NCBI RefSeq assembly: GCF_963921235.1
Contig: NC_086097.1
Location: 35,900,001-35,964,000 of the forward strand
Source: Mobula hypostoma
Lineage: Eukaryota
Length of the DNA stretch: 64,000 nt
Direction: 5' to 3'
In this document: positions 1 to 11,380 of the stretch, one piece after another
Layout of the letters: every line of letters starts with the position of its first letter
How positions within the stretch are numbered: the first letter of the stretch is position 1
Notes under the pieces: model-generated
The model's database searches: none
The model's input: the letters and a program-made list of their open reading frames with translations, nothing else
Told to the model about the DNA's origin: nothing
Position numbers and translations under genes: made by a program

Positions 1-757
1 TTTTGTATACCGCTATCAAATCTCCCCTCAATCTTCTACAATCCAGGGAATAAAGTTCTAACCTGTACAACCTGTTCCTGTACCTCAGGTCCTCCAGTCC
101 CAGCAACATTTTTGTAAATGGTCTCTGCACTCTTTCAATCTGATTTACAACTTTCCTTTAGATAGGTGACCAAAACTGCCCACAATACTCCAAATTAGGC
201 CTCACCAACATCTTATACAATTTTACCATAACATCCCAACTACTATACTCAGTACATTGACTTATGAAGGCCAAAGTGCTGAACAATTTCTTAATGACCG
301 TATCGACCCAACACCACTTTCCTTTGTTCAAACCACACTCCTCAGTATCCTACTGCTCACTATGTGAGTCCTATCCTGGTTCGTCCTCCCAAAGTGCAAC
401 ATCTCACACTTGTGTGCATTAAATTCCACCTGCCATTTTTCAGCCCAATTTTCCAGCTGGTCCAGATCCCACTGAAAGCTTTGACAGTCTTTGTCACTGT
501 CTACTACGCCCCCAATTTTGGTGTCATTCACAAATTTGCTGATCCAATTTACCACATTATCATTCAAATTGTTGATACAGATGACAAACAATAACGGACC
601 CAGCACTGATCCCTGTGGCACACCACTAGTCACAGGCCTCCAGTCAGAGAGGCAACCATCTACAAGTACTCTCTGGCTTCTTTTGCAAAGCCAATGTCTC
701 ATCCAATTTACTACCTCACCTTGAATGCCGAGTGACTGAACCTTCTTGAACAACCTC
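1..757 (-). mobile_element. CR1 LINE ORF2 (RT) fragment
   Basis: ORF 328-753 contains [14 protein letters not shown], a degenerate FADD motif (KFVNDTKIGG) and WAEKWQVEFN, all typical of CR1 RT. Confidence 0.9.
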
Positions 758-825
758 GCATGCAGGACCTTGTTTTCATTTACTTTCCTCGTAACTTTTT
801 TCTCATAACATTAGCTTTAGCTAAT

Positions 826-1550
826 GTCCCTCCCACCAATTATCCCTGCAAGTGCTACATCTGCCCATACACCTCCTCCTTCACCTCCATTCAAGGCCCC
901 AAACAGTTCTTCCAGGTGAGCCAATATTTCCCCTGCGAGTCTGCTGGGGTCCGCTTTTGTATTTGGTTCTCTTGATGCAGCCTCCTCTACATTGGTGAAA
1001 CCCCGTTGTAAATTGGGACACCGCTTCGTCGAGCACCTCCACTCTATCTGCCAAAAGCAGAACTTCCCGGCCCCATTGTCATTGCCATCCCCACATATGG
1101 TCATGGTCTCCCCATGATGGGGCCACCCCAAGGGTGGAGGAGCAACATCTGATGTTCTGTCTGGGTAGCCTCCAACCTGATGGCATGAATATCACTTTCT
1201 TCTTCTGGCAAAAAAAATCCCTCCCCTCCTCCTTCATCTATTCCTCACTCCGACCCCTTACCTTTTCTCACCTGCCTATCACTTCCCTTGGGTCCCCTCC
1301 TCATTCCCTTTCTCCAAATGGTCCACTCTCCTCTCCTGTCAGATTCCTTCTTCTCCAGCCCTTTACCTTTCCTATCCACTTGGGTTCACCTATCACCTTC
1401 TGCCTATCCTCCTTCCACTTCCCCATCTTTTTTATTCTGGTTTCTTCCTTTTCAGTCCTGAAGAAGGGTCTCGGCCCAAAAGCATCGACTGTTTATTCAT
1501 TTCCATAGATACTGTCTGACCTGTCGAGTTCCTCCAGCATTTTGTGTGAT
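826..1550 (+). mobile_element. Penelope-like element 3' part (GIY-YIG endonuclease remnant plus terminal repeat)
   Basis: Translates to CYICPYTSSFTSIQGPKQFFQV..CESAGV..CSLLYIGET..RFVEHLHSI and VEEQHLMFCLGSLQPDGMNI. This is followed by a pyrimidine-rich UTR and the tail shared with 20739, 34530 and 60692. Confidence 0.85.
1453..1491 (+). ncRNA. Degenerate minimal type I hammerhead ribozyme motif in PLE terminus
   Basis: CAGTC-CTGAAGA-A-GGG(TCTCGG)CCC-AAAAGCATC-GACTG: stem I CAGTC/GACTG, CUGANGA core and stem II GGG/CCC are present. The GAAA box is mutated. Confidence 0.6.
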
Positions 1551-1689
1551 TACTAGTAGGTAAGTTATTGGCAGTTATTCTAAGGGACCGGATATATGCG
1601 TATTTGGATGGGACTAGGGAGAGTAATAGTTCATGGGGCCGAAGGGCCGGTTTCTGTGGCTCGGAATCTATAACGGGAGACTCCTGCTC

Positions 1690-1806
1690 TGGCGACACGG
1701 CGGAGAGCGGAAATGACGATTGAGTGGGGCGGAAGCGTTCTCCGTGGAGTCCCCAGCGGGTCGGAAGTGACGCCATTGCGCTGCTGCAGGGCGGCCGGAG
1801 CTCTGG
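1690..1806 (+). promoter_or_regulatory. CpG-rich housekeeping-type promoter / probable non-coding first exon
   Basis: Local CpG cluster with CGGAAATGACG (1708-1718), GGGGCGGAAG (1726-1735) and CGGAAGTGACGCCATT (1762-1777). A canonical donor GG|GTGAGT lies at 1807, followed by a G-run-rich stretch. Confidence 0.65.
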
Positions 1807-2287
1807 GTGAGTGAGGGAGTTGGTAGTGGAGGGCGGGGAGAAGTGTGGAGTGGGGTTTAGGGACTGAAGGGGAGGGAGGAGTATCCGTGAGGGGAAAGAG
1901 GAGGGGGAGGTGAGGAAGGTGACGAGCGGGTGGATTTGATGGAGGAGGAGGTGGGTGTTGGTGGGTTGTGGGCTGAGGGGAGAGAGATGAGGAGAGGTTG
2001 GTGAACTGGGTGGGGTGGGATGGGATGTGTGGGTCTGGCTGAGGGGAGGGAGGTGTGAGTGTGAAGGGGAGGGGGAGATTGAGTGGAATTTATGGGCTGG
2101 GAGAGAGAGGTGTGTTAGTGAGGTGGAGGGAATGAGAAGCTAGTTCTAACGGGGGAGAAAAAGAAGGCCAGCAAGGCGAGAGACCGTGTCGTTCCTGAAT
2201 TCGCCAAGTGAAATTCAGGTGAGAGACGAAAATTCCTGTCATGGATAAGCTAAGTCCTCCAGCACCTATGCACATTACTGCCAATTT

Positions 2288-2817
2288 GTGTTCGTCCATC
2301 GTTGACGTTGATGAGGACCGCGACACCATTATGATGGTGTTGAGACTAGCGCGTGATTTGGATTTAAGTGAGGGAGAGTTGCGCAGCGTCAGCCTCACTC
2401 TCTCTTCCCAATTCCCATCTGGATCCAGTGGAAAGACAGAGTGTGGATGACCAGGACATCTTCTGTGTCTTGTCCTGCTCTACACGTTCCACGACGCTTG
2501 CAGAGATCGCCTTCTTGACCGTTGGACCTTCCGTTGGTCTCGTCCACTCAATCCGCCAGAGTCTGTCTTCACATTCTGGGATAGACAACACCCTATCTCA
2601 CTGAGGGTTTGAGACCCATCGGCTACCCTCAACTGGTTTAGCCGGCTTGTCGAAGCCGTTGCCCGGGGTGTGGCCGCTGTCGCATGCAAACAGCTACGGG
2701 GAGCCACAGGTGAGAGCTGAGTGCCAGGTGGGGACCAAAGGTGGACTAACCACCCTGAAAAGGACACAACATGTTCCTCCACCAGAGGTGCTACCCCTCT
2801 CTGACACCCCAAACACC
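2288..2817 (-). mobile_element. Non-autonomous RTE-derived short element (~530 bp)
   Basis: Flanked by the 7-bp direct repeat CCAATTT (2281-2287, 2818-2824). Removing it restores the gag frame ITANLTDNWKHF. The minus-strand 3' end ..GATGGACGAACAC is RTE-like. Confidence 0.75.
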
Positions 2818-2889
2818 CCAATTTAACAGATAACTGGAAGCACTTCAAACAGCGATTCAATACATATTTAGCAGCTAGTAGAGGAGGGG

Positions 2890-3705
2890 ACCTAGATGGG
2901 ATAAAAATTGGAGGTGTTAACATCAACAATATGCAGACGATACCACCTTAATTGCAAGTGCTGCAGAAGACCTACAAGTCCTCTTAGACTAAGTAATACA
3001 AACAAGTGCAGATTTTGGTCTAAGCATCAACTGTAAAAAAATCAAATGTATGGTAATATCAAAACAGCAGGATACTCCCAAATGCCAATTACACATCGAT
3101 AACCAAGAGATTGAACAAAAGACCAGCTTTAGTTACCTTGGTAGCTTTATATCACAAGATGCTAGAAGTAAAGTAGAAATAAAAAGAAGAATTGCCATTG
3201 CTAAAACCAACTTCCAAAAAATGAAACCCATTTTTACCAACAGACATATTTCCATGACAACAAGGCTTAGGCTACTAAAATATTACATCTGGTCAATCTC
3301 GCTGTATGCTTCCGAAACATGGATTATAACACCAGAACTCCAAAGAAACTTAGAAGCAACAAAAATGTGGTTTCTTAGAAGAACGCTGAAATATCATACA
3401 GAGGTAGGGTAACTAATGAGACAGTACTCCAATGTGCCCATACAAAAAGATCTTTAATGAGAACATTAAATAAGAGAAATTCCTGGGCCATGTCATCAGA
3501 AAGGGAGAAATAGAATGCCTTACATTACAAGGCAGTGTGCCTGGGAAACGCAGAAGGGGAAAGCAAAGAAGAAAATATATGGACACTGTGAAAGAACTAA
3601 CAGATCTAAGTGTGCGAGATATCATTGACGCTGCGTGGGATCATTCGATGTGGAAAGCCATGATCGCCCAAGCGTGTAACGCACAAGGCACATAAAGAAG
3701 AAGAA
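2890..3705 (+). mobile_element. 5'-truncated RTE-clade LINE
   Basis: GIKIGGVNINN..ADDTTLIA, FSYLGSFIS, EIKRRIAIAK and MWFLRR; ends in a (GAA)n tail. It interrupts the Gypsy gag. Confidence 0.85.
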
Positions 3706-4689
3706 CAGCGGGGGGGGGGGGGCACCAATGAAAAATTGGAAGCATCTATTTTTCTATATCGTCTATTGGCAAAGATGCTGTGGGCATCTATAACAGCTTT
3801 CAAATTGACGAGAGAGCCTTTGCACTGGATACTTTAATGACAAAATTTGAGGAGTATTTTATCCCAAGTAAAAACAACATGTTTGAGAGATACAAGTTCT
3901 TTTTCTGTGACCAGAAACAAAGTGTTACCCTTGACCGATACTTAACTGAGCTTCACACACTGAGTAAGTCCTGTGAGTTTGAAGACTTGAGAGTCCCACT
4001 AGTTAGAGACAAATTACTTTGCGGAATCCCTGATAATGAGCTCAGAGAAAGATTGCTCGGTGAAGAAGATTTGATGCTGGAAAAGGCTAAGGATATGTGC
4101 AGGGCAGCAGAAACCACACGAGCACAAACTAAGGCACTGCAAAAGGCAGACACAACAGTGCATGCTGTGAAAACAAAGGGGCAGAGCACAAAGTGTTTCC
4201 CAAGGTAATAGCAAAGCTAAAAGGAAGGCTCAAACAGCAAATGCAGCAAATGCAGAGAGAGGCACATCCCAGAGATGTGTCCTGCTTATGGAAAGTCCCG
4301 CAATAGTTGTGGGAAGAAGAATCATTTTGCAGTGTGCTGCAAAGCTGGGACGGCCAAGTGAAAGGTGCACATAGTTGCTGAGGAAATGGAGGAAGTCTTT
4401 GTAGATCCTCCACTGACTGCAGTTGCTGGTAAAACAGAGTGGATTGTTTCAGCGACTGTGAGTGAGACTGTAATTCCATTCAAGCTTGACACCAAGCCCA
4501 GGTAAATCTGTTATCGGTGGATGATCACATGACTCTCAAAGTAAAGAGCAATATTTACCCAGTGAAGTTAAAAGTGACAGACTACACTGGAGAGAACTTT
4601 CCAGTAAAAGGGGGCTGTATAGTGACCTTCAAGCACAAGGGGCAGCACCTGAAGGCACAGCTACTGATGGTTGAAAACCTTACAGAAAT

Positions 4690-5090
4690 CTTGTTGGAGA
4701 TCTTATAGAAACATATAAAATTTGCACATCTTATAGAAACATATAAAATTATGAAAGGGATAGATAAGATAGAGGCGGGAAAGTTGTTTCCACTGGTAGG
4801 TGAGACTAGAACTAGGGGACATAGTCTTGAGATTCAAAGGAGTAGATTTAGGACAGAGATGAGGAGGAACTGCTTTTCCCAGAGGGTGGTGAATCTGTGG
4901 AGTTCTCTGCCCAGTGAAGCAGTGGAGGCTACCTCAGTAAATATATTTAAGACAAGGTTGGATAGTAGTGGAATTAAGGGTTATGGGGAAAAGGCAGGTA
5001 GGTGGAGATGAGTCCATGGCCAGATCAGCCATGATCTTATTCAATGGGTCAGATGGCATACTCCTGCTCTTCATTTCTTATGTTCCTATG
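4690..5090 (+). mobile_element. CR1 3' fragment nested in Gypsy protease region
   Basis: RTRGHSL..FRTEMRRNCFSQRVVNLW and a TTCTTATGTTCCTATG-type tail. Confidence 0.85.
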
Positions 5091-7347
5091 TAAAAGTGAG
5101 TACAGCCAGTATTAGGTGCGAGTGTGTGTGAAAAGCTCAACCTGGTGAAAAGAGTTTTCATAGTGGCTTCACAGACCAAAAATGACAACACTTCACTCAT
5201 GTAAATGTATGCAGATGTCTTTGAGGGGCTCGATTCTTACCTGGTGTACACAAAATTCATATAGATGAGACAATGGCTCCTGTTGTCCATGCATGCAGGA
5301 AAGTTCCATTTACACCGAGAGAAAAATACAAACAAGAACTAGCACGCATGGAATGGACAAATATCATACAGAAAACTGAAGAATCAGCAGATTTGCTGAG
5401 CTCACTGATTATTGTGCAAAAGAAAAATGGAGAATTGTGGGTACGTCTATATCCAAGGGATCTCAATAAAGCCAGTAAGAGGGAGCATTTTAAATTGGCA
5501 ACACAGGAAGAGATCATGTTCCAGTTTGCAATTACCAAGTGGTTTAGCAAACTTGAGACGGCATCTAAGTTTTAGCAGATGAAGCAAGTCTGGGACTGTG
5601 TACTTTTAACACACCACACTAAAGCTATCGCTTTCTTTGGCTACCATATGGGATTCTGTCTGCACCAGAAGTCTACCATAAAACCATCTGCATGATCTTT
5701 GAGGGCATACCTGGTGTTGAGACCATGATGGATGACATCATTGTCTGGTGGTTCACCAAGGATGTGTACGATGTATGATTGGGACAAGTGCTTGACATGT
5801 CACGGAATGTCAATTTGTAGTTAAATAAAGAGAAACGTGAGTTTGGTCTTAAGACACTGACTTCCATAGGAGATGTCATATCAGAAGAATGAGTGAAGCC
5901 TGACCCAGAAAGATGTTATTGAAAACACTGAAAGGCCCCAAAACGAGGAGGAGGTGAGATGTTTCTCAGGGAAGGTGACTTCCCTGGGCCATCCCTCAAC
6001 GATCTACTGTGTCAGCACCCCTCAGGTCACTCCGTCAGCAGCAATATGAGTGAATTTGGTCTCATGAGCAAGGAGTGTGTTTTCAGAGGCGGAAACGTGT
6101 TGTAACTGAAGAGCCCATGCATTGTCTCGAGCAGTCAACAAGAAAGGAAAGAGTGGCCAAGAGATTAGTGCTGGTATACAGGCCTGTGTTGACATGATTG
6201 TCACCTCCATTTCAGTATCTCCTGATAGAACCGAGAAGATCAGCACAGCAGCAGGGACAGATGAAATAATGAAAGTACTCAGAGAGATAACACAGAAAGG
6301 ATGGCCAGCAACTAAGAATGACTGTCCAAAGTGTATTTGGGATTATTGGGCACGCAGAACTGAACTGCTTCATGTGAAATATGCCTCACCTACAGACCAA
6401 AGCAGCAAGCAGAACAGCTTACAGCTCACCCTGTACCAAACAGACCGCACTTCAAAGCTAGAGTGGATTTGTTTGATTGTAATGGGAAGCATCACATTGT
6501 AATTGACTACTTTTCCAATAACCCAGAGGTTACAACACTGCAATCAACATCCAGCAAAGCAGCCAGCACCTTCCTTAAAACTGTGTTTATGAGGCATGGA
6601 GTTCCATGTGAAGAAGTATCAGACAATGGTCCATAATTTTCGAGTCCTTTGCCAATCATTGGAGGTTTTGACATAAAACTTCAAGCCCACATCAGCCAAG
6701 ATCTAATGGCCTAGTAGAGACTTTGGTCAAGGTAGTGAAGGACCTCAAGAGGAAAGTGCAAGATGGATGAGAGGATTTCCACAAACGTCTGATCATTTAC
6801 AGAAGTGTGTCACTGAAGAATGGCCTTTCACCGGCCCAAAAGCTGATGTGTTGACACATACTCACTAACCTTCCAGTGCCCGTTGACACCTAAAGGAGCA
6901 CGCAAGGTCAAATTGGCTAAAGTGAAAAGGAAAGGAAAACAGGGAACAGCATCACAAGACCATGAAAAGCCTACCAGTCCTGAAGCCTTGGAGATCAAGT
7001 GTGAATACGGATCATGATTCTGGCACGTGGTCCATGCAAGAATATGTGCAAGAGGAAGTAGTTCCGCATTCTTACCAGATCCAGGTGGAGTGGGGGACAC
7101 CTCTGAGAAGGAACTGTGTGGATTTAGAACCACAAGCTCCAACCCATAGCTATGACTCTTCACCTGTCCTTACACCAAAAGAAATATCAGACCTCAGGGA
7201 CTGATTGGAAGTTGCTGAGTGAATAAGGGATTGTATTTACTCATTACAATTCAAATTAATATGTATATCTTTGTTGGAAAGGATTATTGTTCCTTGCAAG
7301 TTTATGAGGACATAGTATTGTGTTTGTTTTTCTTTAAAAGGGGAAGA

Positions 7348-7522
7348 TGGATTATTATGTGTGTACATAATAAAGACCTTCGGTTCCCAGTGAGCAATGA
7401 GGGTGGAAATGACGATGGTGAGTTCATGGCACATGCTCAGTGTGGAGTTAAAACTGTTTCTGTAAATAAAATATTCTAGTGTTTACCCATGTCGTTTGCC
7501 TCTACTAAGAGCAAACATAACA
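7348..7522 (+). repeat. 3' LTR of the Gypsy element
   Basis: TG directly after the polypurine tract, internal AATAAA, and an ..ATAACA end. Confidence 0.65.
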
Positions 7523-8250
7523 CCACCTTCCTGGAAGAAAGCCCAATGATCCAAAAATCCAAAGCCTCCCTCCTACACCAGCTCCCTAGCAATGTGTTAA
7601 ATTGTATGATCTTCCTATTTTGGGCCTCACTAGCACATGTGGCATGGGTAGCAATCCTGAGATCACAACAGCGGAGGTCCTGTCCCTGAACTTAGCACCC
7701 AACTAACTCCCTGAACTCACTCTGCAGACCTTGCCACCCATCCTACCCATGTCATTGGTTCCGACGTGGACCACAACCTCTGGTTGTTTACCCTCCCATT
7801 TAAGACTCGATCCAAGTTTTCCCTAACCCTGGCACCTGGGAGTCAATATACCATCCAGGAATCTTATTCTCATCCACAGAACTTCCCTTCTGTTCCCCTA
7901 ACTACAGAAACTCCTATCATCACTACAGTTTGCATCTTCTCCCATCTTCCTTTCTGAGCCACAGAGTCAGACTCAGTGCCAGAGAGCTCACTGTTGTAGC
8001 TTTCCTCTGCTAGATCATCCCCCATAATGGTATCCAAAGTGGTATACCTGTAGTTGAGTGGAACAGCCACAGGGTTCTCTGCACTGGCTGCCTATCCCCA
8101 TTCTCCCTCCTGACAGTCATCCAGTTACCTGTATCCTGCACCTTGGGTATAACTACCTCCCTGTATGTCCTCTCTATCAATCCTTCAGCCTCCCGAATGA
8201 TCTGGAGTTCATCCAGTTCCACCTCCAATACCTCCACGACTCCTTTGTTG
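7523..8250 (-). mobile_element. CR1 ORF1 fragment (esterase-like domain)
   Basis: LELDELQIIREAEG, VPLNYRYTTLDT and VVMIGVSVVRGT (degenerate GDS-IVRG motif of CR1 ORF1). Confidence 0.75.
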
Positions 8251-9597
8251 TAAGCATTATGGGTCATTCAAAGTTCAAAGTATAATTTATTATCAACCTC
8301 CATGGTTCTCTGAAAGATTGCAGATGCAATTAGAATTCTGATGTTTTAATGTGAACAAGCACTTGTGTGCGTTAACAGTCAAAAACCTCTCGGACTGATT
8401 CTTTAGCTGTCCCTGTTGAGTTATATCCAACCTAATGAATTTCTGCCTCAAAAAAAAACTGTAAATTTATTTATGTTGTTTAAAGCAAAAAGATGTGCAG
8501 TATCTTACAAAATTCATCTCGCATCTGGGCTTGAGACTCAAGCACTGAAATCCAGCCTTTGGTGTAGCCATCTACCTTTCCTTATTTTTTAAAAATCAGG
8601 TGGTTGTTTAACCTTCCTTCTCCCCTTTTTTATTGAGGAAGATTTCTTTTTGATCCTAAATAAAAACAGGACACACTAGAAACAGGATGAAAAGTCAAAG
8701 ATCCTTCAGTAGAAGCGTGGATACAAAACATTAACTCTGTTTTGCTTGCTGACATTGCTGCCTAACCTGCTGAGCATTTTCACCGTTTTCTAGTTGTTTT
8801 ATTTCAGATTCCTGGCATCTGCAATTTTTTGGATTTTCTTTGGCCCTGCCTAACCTTAGCAACAATTTTTCACATGGCAAAAATGTTATAGTATTTCAAC
8901 ATTTAAAAAAGATGGAGGCTAAGTCTTGTCCTTTGTAAGTTACTTTTATTATCTTCAAGCTTCCTGAGGGGTTCATTTGTCTGCTAACACAGACCTTACA
9001 GAGCAGAAGCAAAATGGCATTTGTCAAAGAATAATAGTGTCCTAAGATAAACCCCATAAACAGCCTGACTCTTGGAAAACAATTATAAGACCATAAGACA
9101 TAAGAGCAGAATTAGGCCATCTGGCTCATCGAGCCTGTTCCACCATTCAATCATGGCTGATCCTTTTTTAAAATATCCTCTTCAACTCCATTTCTCGGCC
9201 TTCCCCCCGTAACCTTTCATGCATTTCTAATCAAGAACCCGTCAATCTCTGCCTTAAATACACCCAACAACCTGGCCTCCACAGCTGCGTGTGGCAACAA
9301 ATTCCACAAAATTCACTACCCTTTGGCGAAAGAACTTTCTCTGCATCTCTGTTTTGAAAGGGCGCCCTCTATCTTGAGGCTGTGCCCTCTTGTCCTAGAC
9401 TCTCCCACCATGGGAAACATCCTTTCCACATCTACTCTGTCCAGGCCTTTCAACATTCAAAAGGTTTCAATGAGATTCCCCTCTCATCCTTCTGAATTCC
9501 AGCGAGTACAGACCTAGAGCCATCAAACATTCCTCCTATGGTAACCCCTTCATTCCTGAAATCATCCTCTGGACCCTCTCCAATGCCAGGACACCTT

Positions 9598-9729
9598 TTC
9601 TCTTTTTTTTGGCATGTGCCTGCGTGCGTGCGAGTCTGTGCGTGTGCGTGTGTGCGAGTCTGTGTGTCCATGCGTGCGTCCGTGATGATGTCTTTTTCAT
9701 GGCTTTTACAAGGCGTGGAGCGAGCGAGC

Positions 9730-9762
<33 letters not shown>

Positions 9763-11153
9763 AGAGGGAGAGGGAGAGAGAGAGAGTGGGAGGGAGAGGG
9801 AGAGGGAGAGGGGGAGAGGGAGAGGGGGAGAGAGAGAGAGAGAGAGGGAGAGAGAGAGAGAGAGGGAGAGAGAGAGAGGGAGAGGGGGAGAGAGAGAGAG
9901 AGGGAGAGAGAGAGGGAGAGGGGGAGGGGAGGGGGAGAGAGAGAGAGAGAGGGAGAGAGAGAGAGGGAGAGAGAGAGAGAGGGAGAGGGAGAGCAAGAGA
10001 GAGAGAGAGGGAGAGGGAGAGGGGGAGAGGGAGAGAGAGAGAGAGAGGGGGAGAGGGAGAGGGGGAGGGGGGAGAGGGAGAGAGAGAGGGAGAGGGGGAG
10101 AGAGCGAGAGAGAGAGGGGGGGAGAGGGAGAGGGGGAGAGAGAGAGAGCGAGAGAGAGAGAGAGGGAGAGGGAGAGGGGGAGGGGGAGAGGGGGAGAGAG
10201 AGAGAGGGGGAGAGAGAGAGAGAGGGAGAAGGAGAGAGAGAGAGGGAGAGGGAGAGGGAGAGCAAGAGAGAGAGAGAGGGGAGAGGGAGAGGGGGAGAGG
10301 GGGGAGAGAGAGAGAGAGGGAGAGGGAGAGGGAGAGAGAGAGGGAGAGGGAGAGCAAGAGAGAGAGAGAGGGAGAGGGAGAGGGAGAGGGGGAGAGGGAG
10401 AGAGAGAGAGGGAGAGGGGGAGAGAGCGAGAGAGAGGGGGGGAGAGGGAGAGGGGGAGAGAGAGAGAGAGAGAGAGAGGGGAGAGAGAGAGAGGGAGAGA
10501 GAGAGAGAGGGAGAGGGAGAGGGAGAGCAAGAGAGAGAGAGAGAGGGGGAGAGGGAGAGGGAGAGGGGGAGGGAGAGAGAGAGAGGGGGAGAGGGAGAGG
10601 GGGAGAGGGAGAGAGAGAGAGAGGGAGAGGGGGAGAGAGCGAGAGAGAGGGGGGGAGAGGGAGAGGGGGAGAGAGAGAGAGGGAGAGAGAGAGAGCGAGA
10701 GAGAGAGAGAGGGATAGGGAGAGGGGGAGGGGGAGAGGGAGAGAGAGAGAGAGAGGGGAGAGAGAGAGAGGGAGAGAGAGAGAGAGAGGGAGAGGGAGAG
10801 GGAGAGCAAGAGAGAGAGAGAGAGGGGGAGAGGGAGAGGGAGATGGGGAGGGAGAGAGAGAGAGGGGGAGAGGGAGAGGGGGAGAGGGAGAGAGAGAGAG
10901 AGAGAGAGGGAGAGGGGGAGAGAGCGAGAGAGAGAGAGAGGGGGAGAGGGAGAGGGGGAGAGAGAGAGAGGGAGAGGGAGAGGGGGAGGGGGAGAGGGAG
11001 AGAGAGAGAGGGAGAGGGAGAGGGAGAGGGAGAGGGGGAGAGGCAGAGAGAGAGAGAGAGAGAGGGAGGGGGAGAGGGGAAGGGAGAGAGAGAGAGAGAG
11101 AGGGAGAGGGGGAGAGAGCGAGAGAGAGAGAGAGAGGGAGAGGGAGAGGGGGA

Positions 11154-11193
<40 letters not shown>

Positions 11194-11380
11194 GTGGAAC
11201 GCCACTGCTCACGCAGACATTTTCGCAGTATTTTCCCTTTATTTTACGAGGTTAAATTGCGATCTCGACACTCAACCCGGTGTGGATGGAAAGCGTACTC
11301 GGGAGCGGACCTGACTGGGTTTGAACCCGGGAACCTCCACTCCCGGGTCCGGCGCCGATGTCGTTGTGCCACCAACCGGC
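9598..11380 (-). mobile_element. tRNA-derived SINE with a hugely expanded internal microsatellite
   Basis: The minus strand starts GCCGGTTGGTGGCACAACG (A-box-like), includes GGTTCAAACCC (B box) and ends in an A-rich tail. TSD CCAGGACACCTT at 9586-9597 and 11381-11392. Confidence 0.85.
9730..11189. repeat. ~1.46 kb polypurine (GA)n/(GGGAGA)n low-complexity tract
   Basis: Almost exclusively G and A on the + strand. Confidence 0.98.

Larger units (their letters stand above)
2145..7522 (+). mobile_element. Degenerate Gypsy LTR retrotransposon, 5' LTR missing, three nested insertions
   Basis: gag MDKLSPP..NL|TDNWKHFKQRF..FERYKFF..LVRDKLLCGI; Zn-knuckle remnant CPAYGK..CGKKNHF (~4277); protease IPFKLDT (~4472); RT PVVHACRKVPF and MMDDIIVW; integrase remnants 6.4-6.85 kb; PPT AAAAGGGGAAGA followed by TG at 7348. 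Confidence 0.85.

Noticed and set aside
1432..1776. 114-aa minus-strand ORF from the CpG island
   Set aside because: It runs through CR1 and PLE remnants. The ATG is the reverse of the GCCAT promoter motif and there is no coding evidence.
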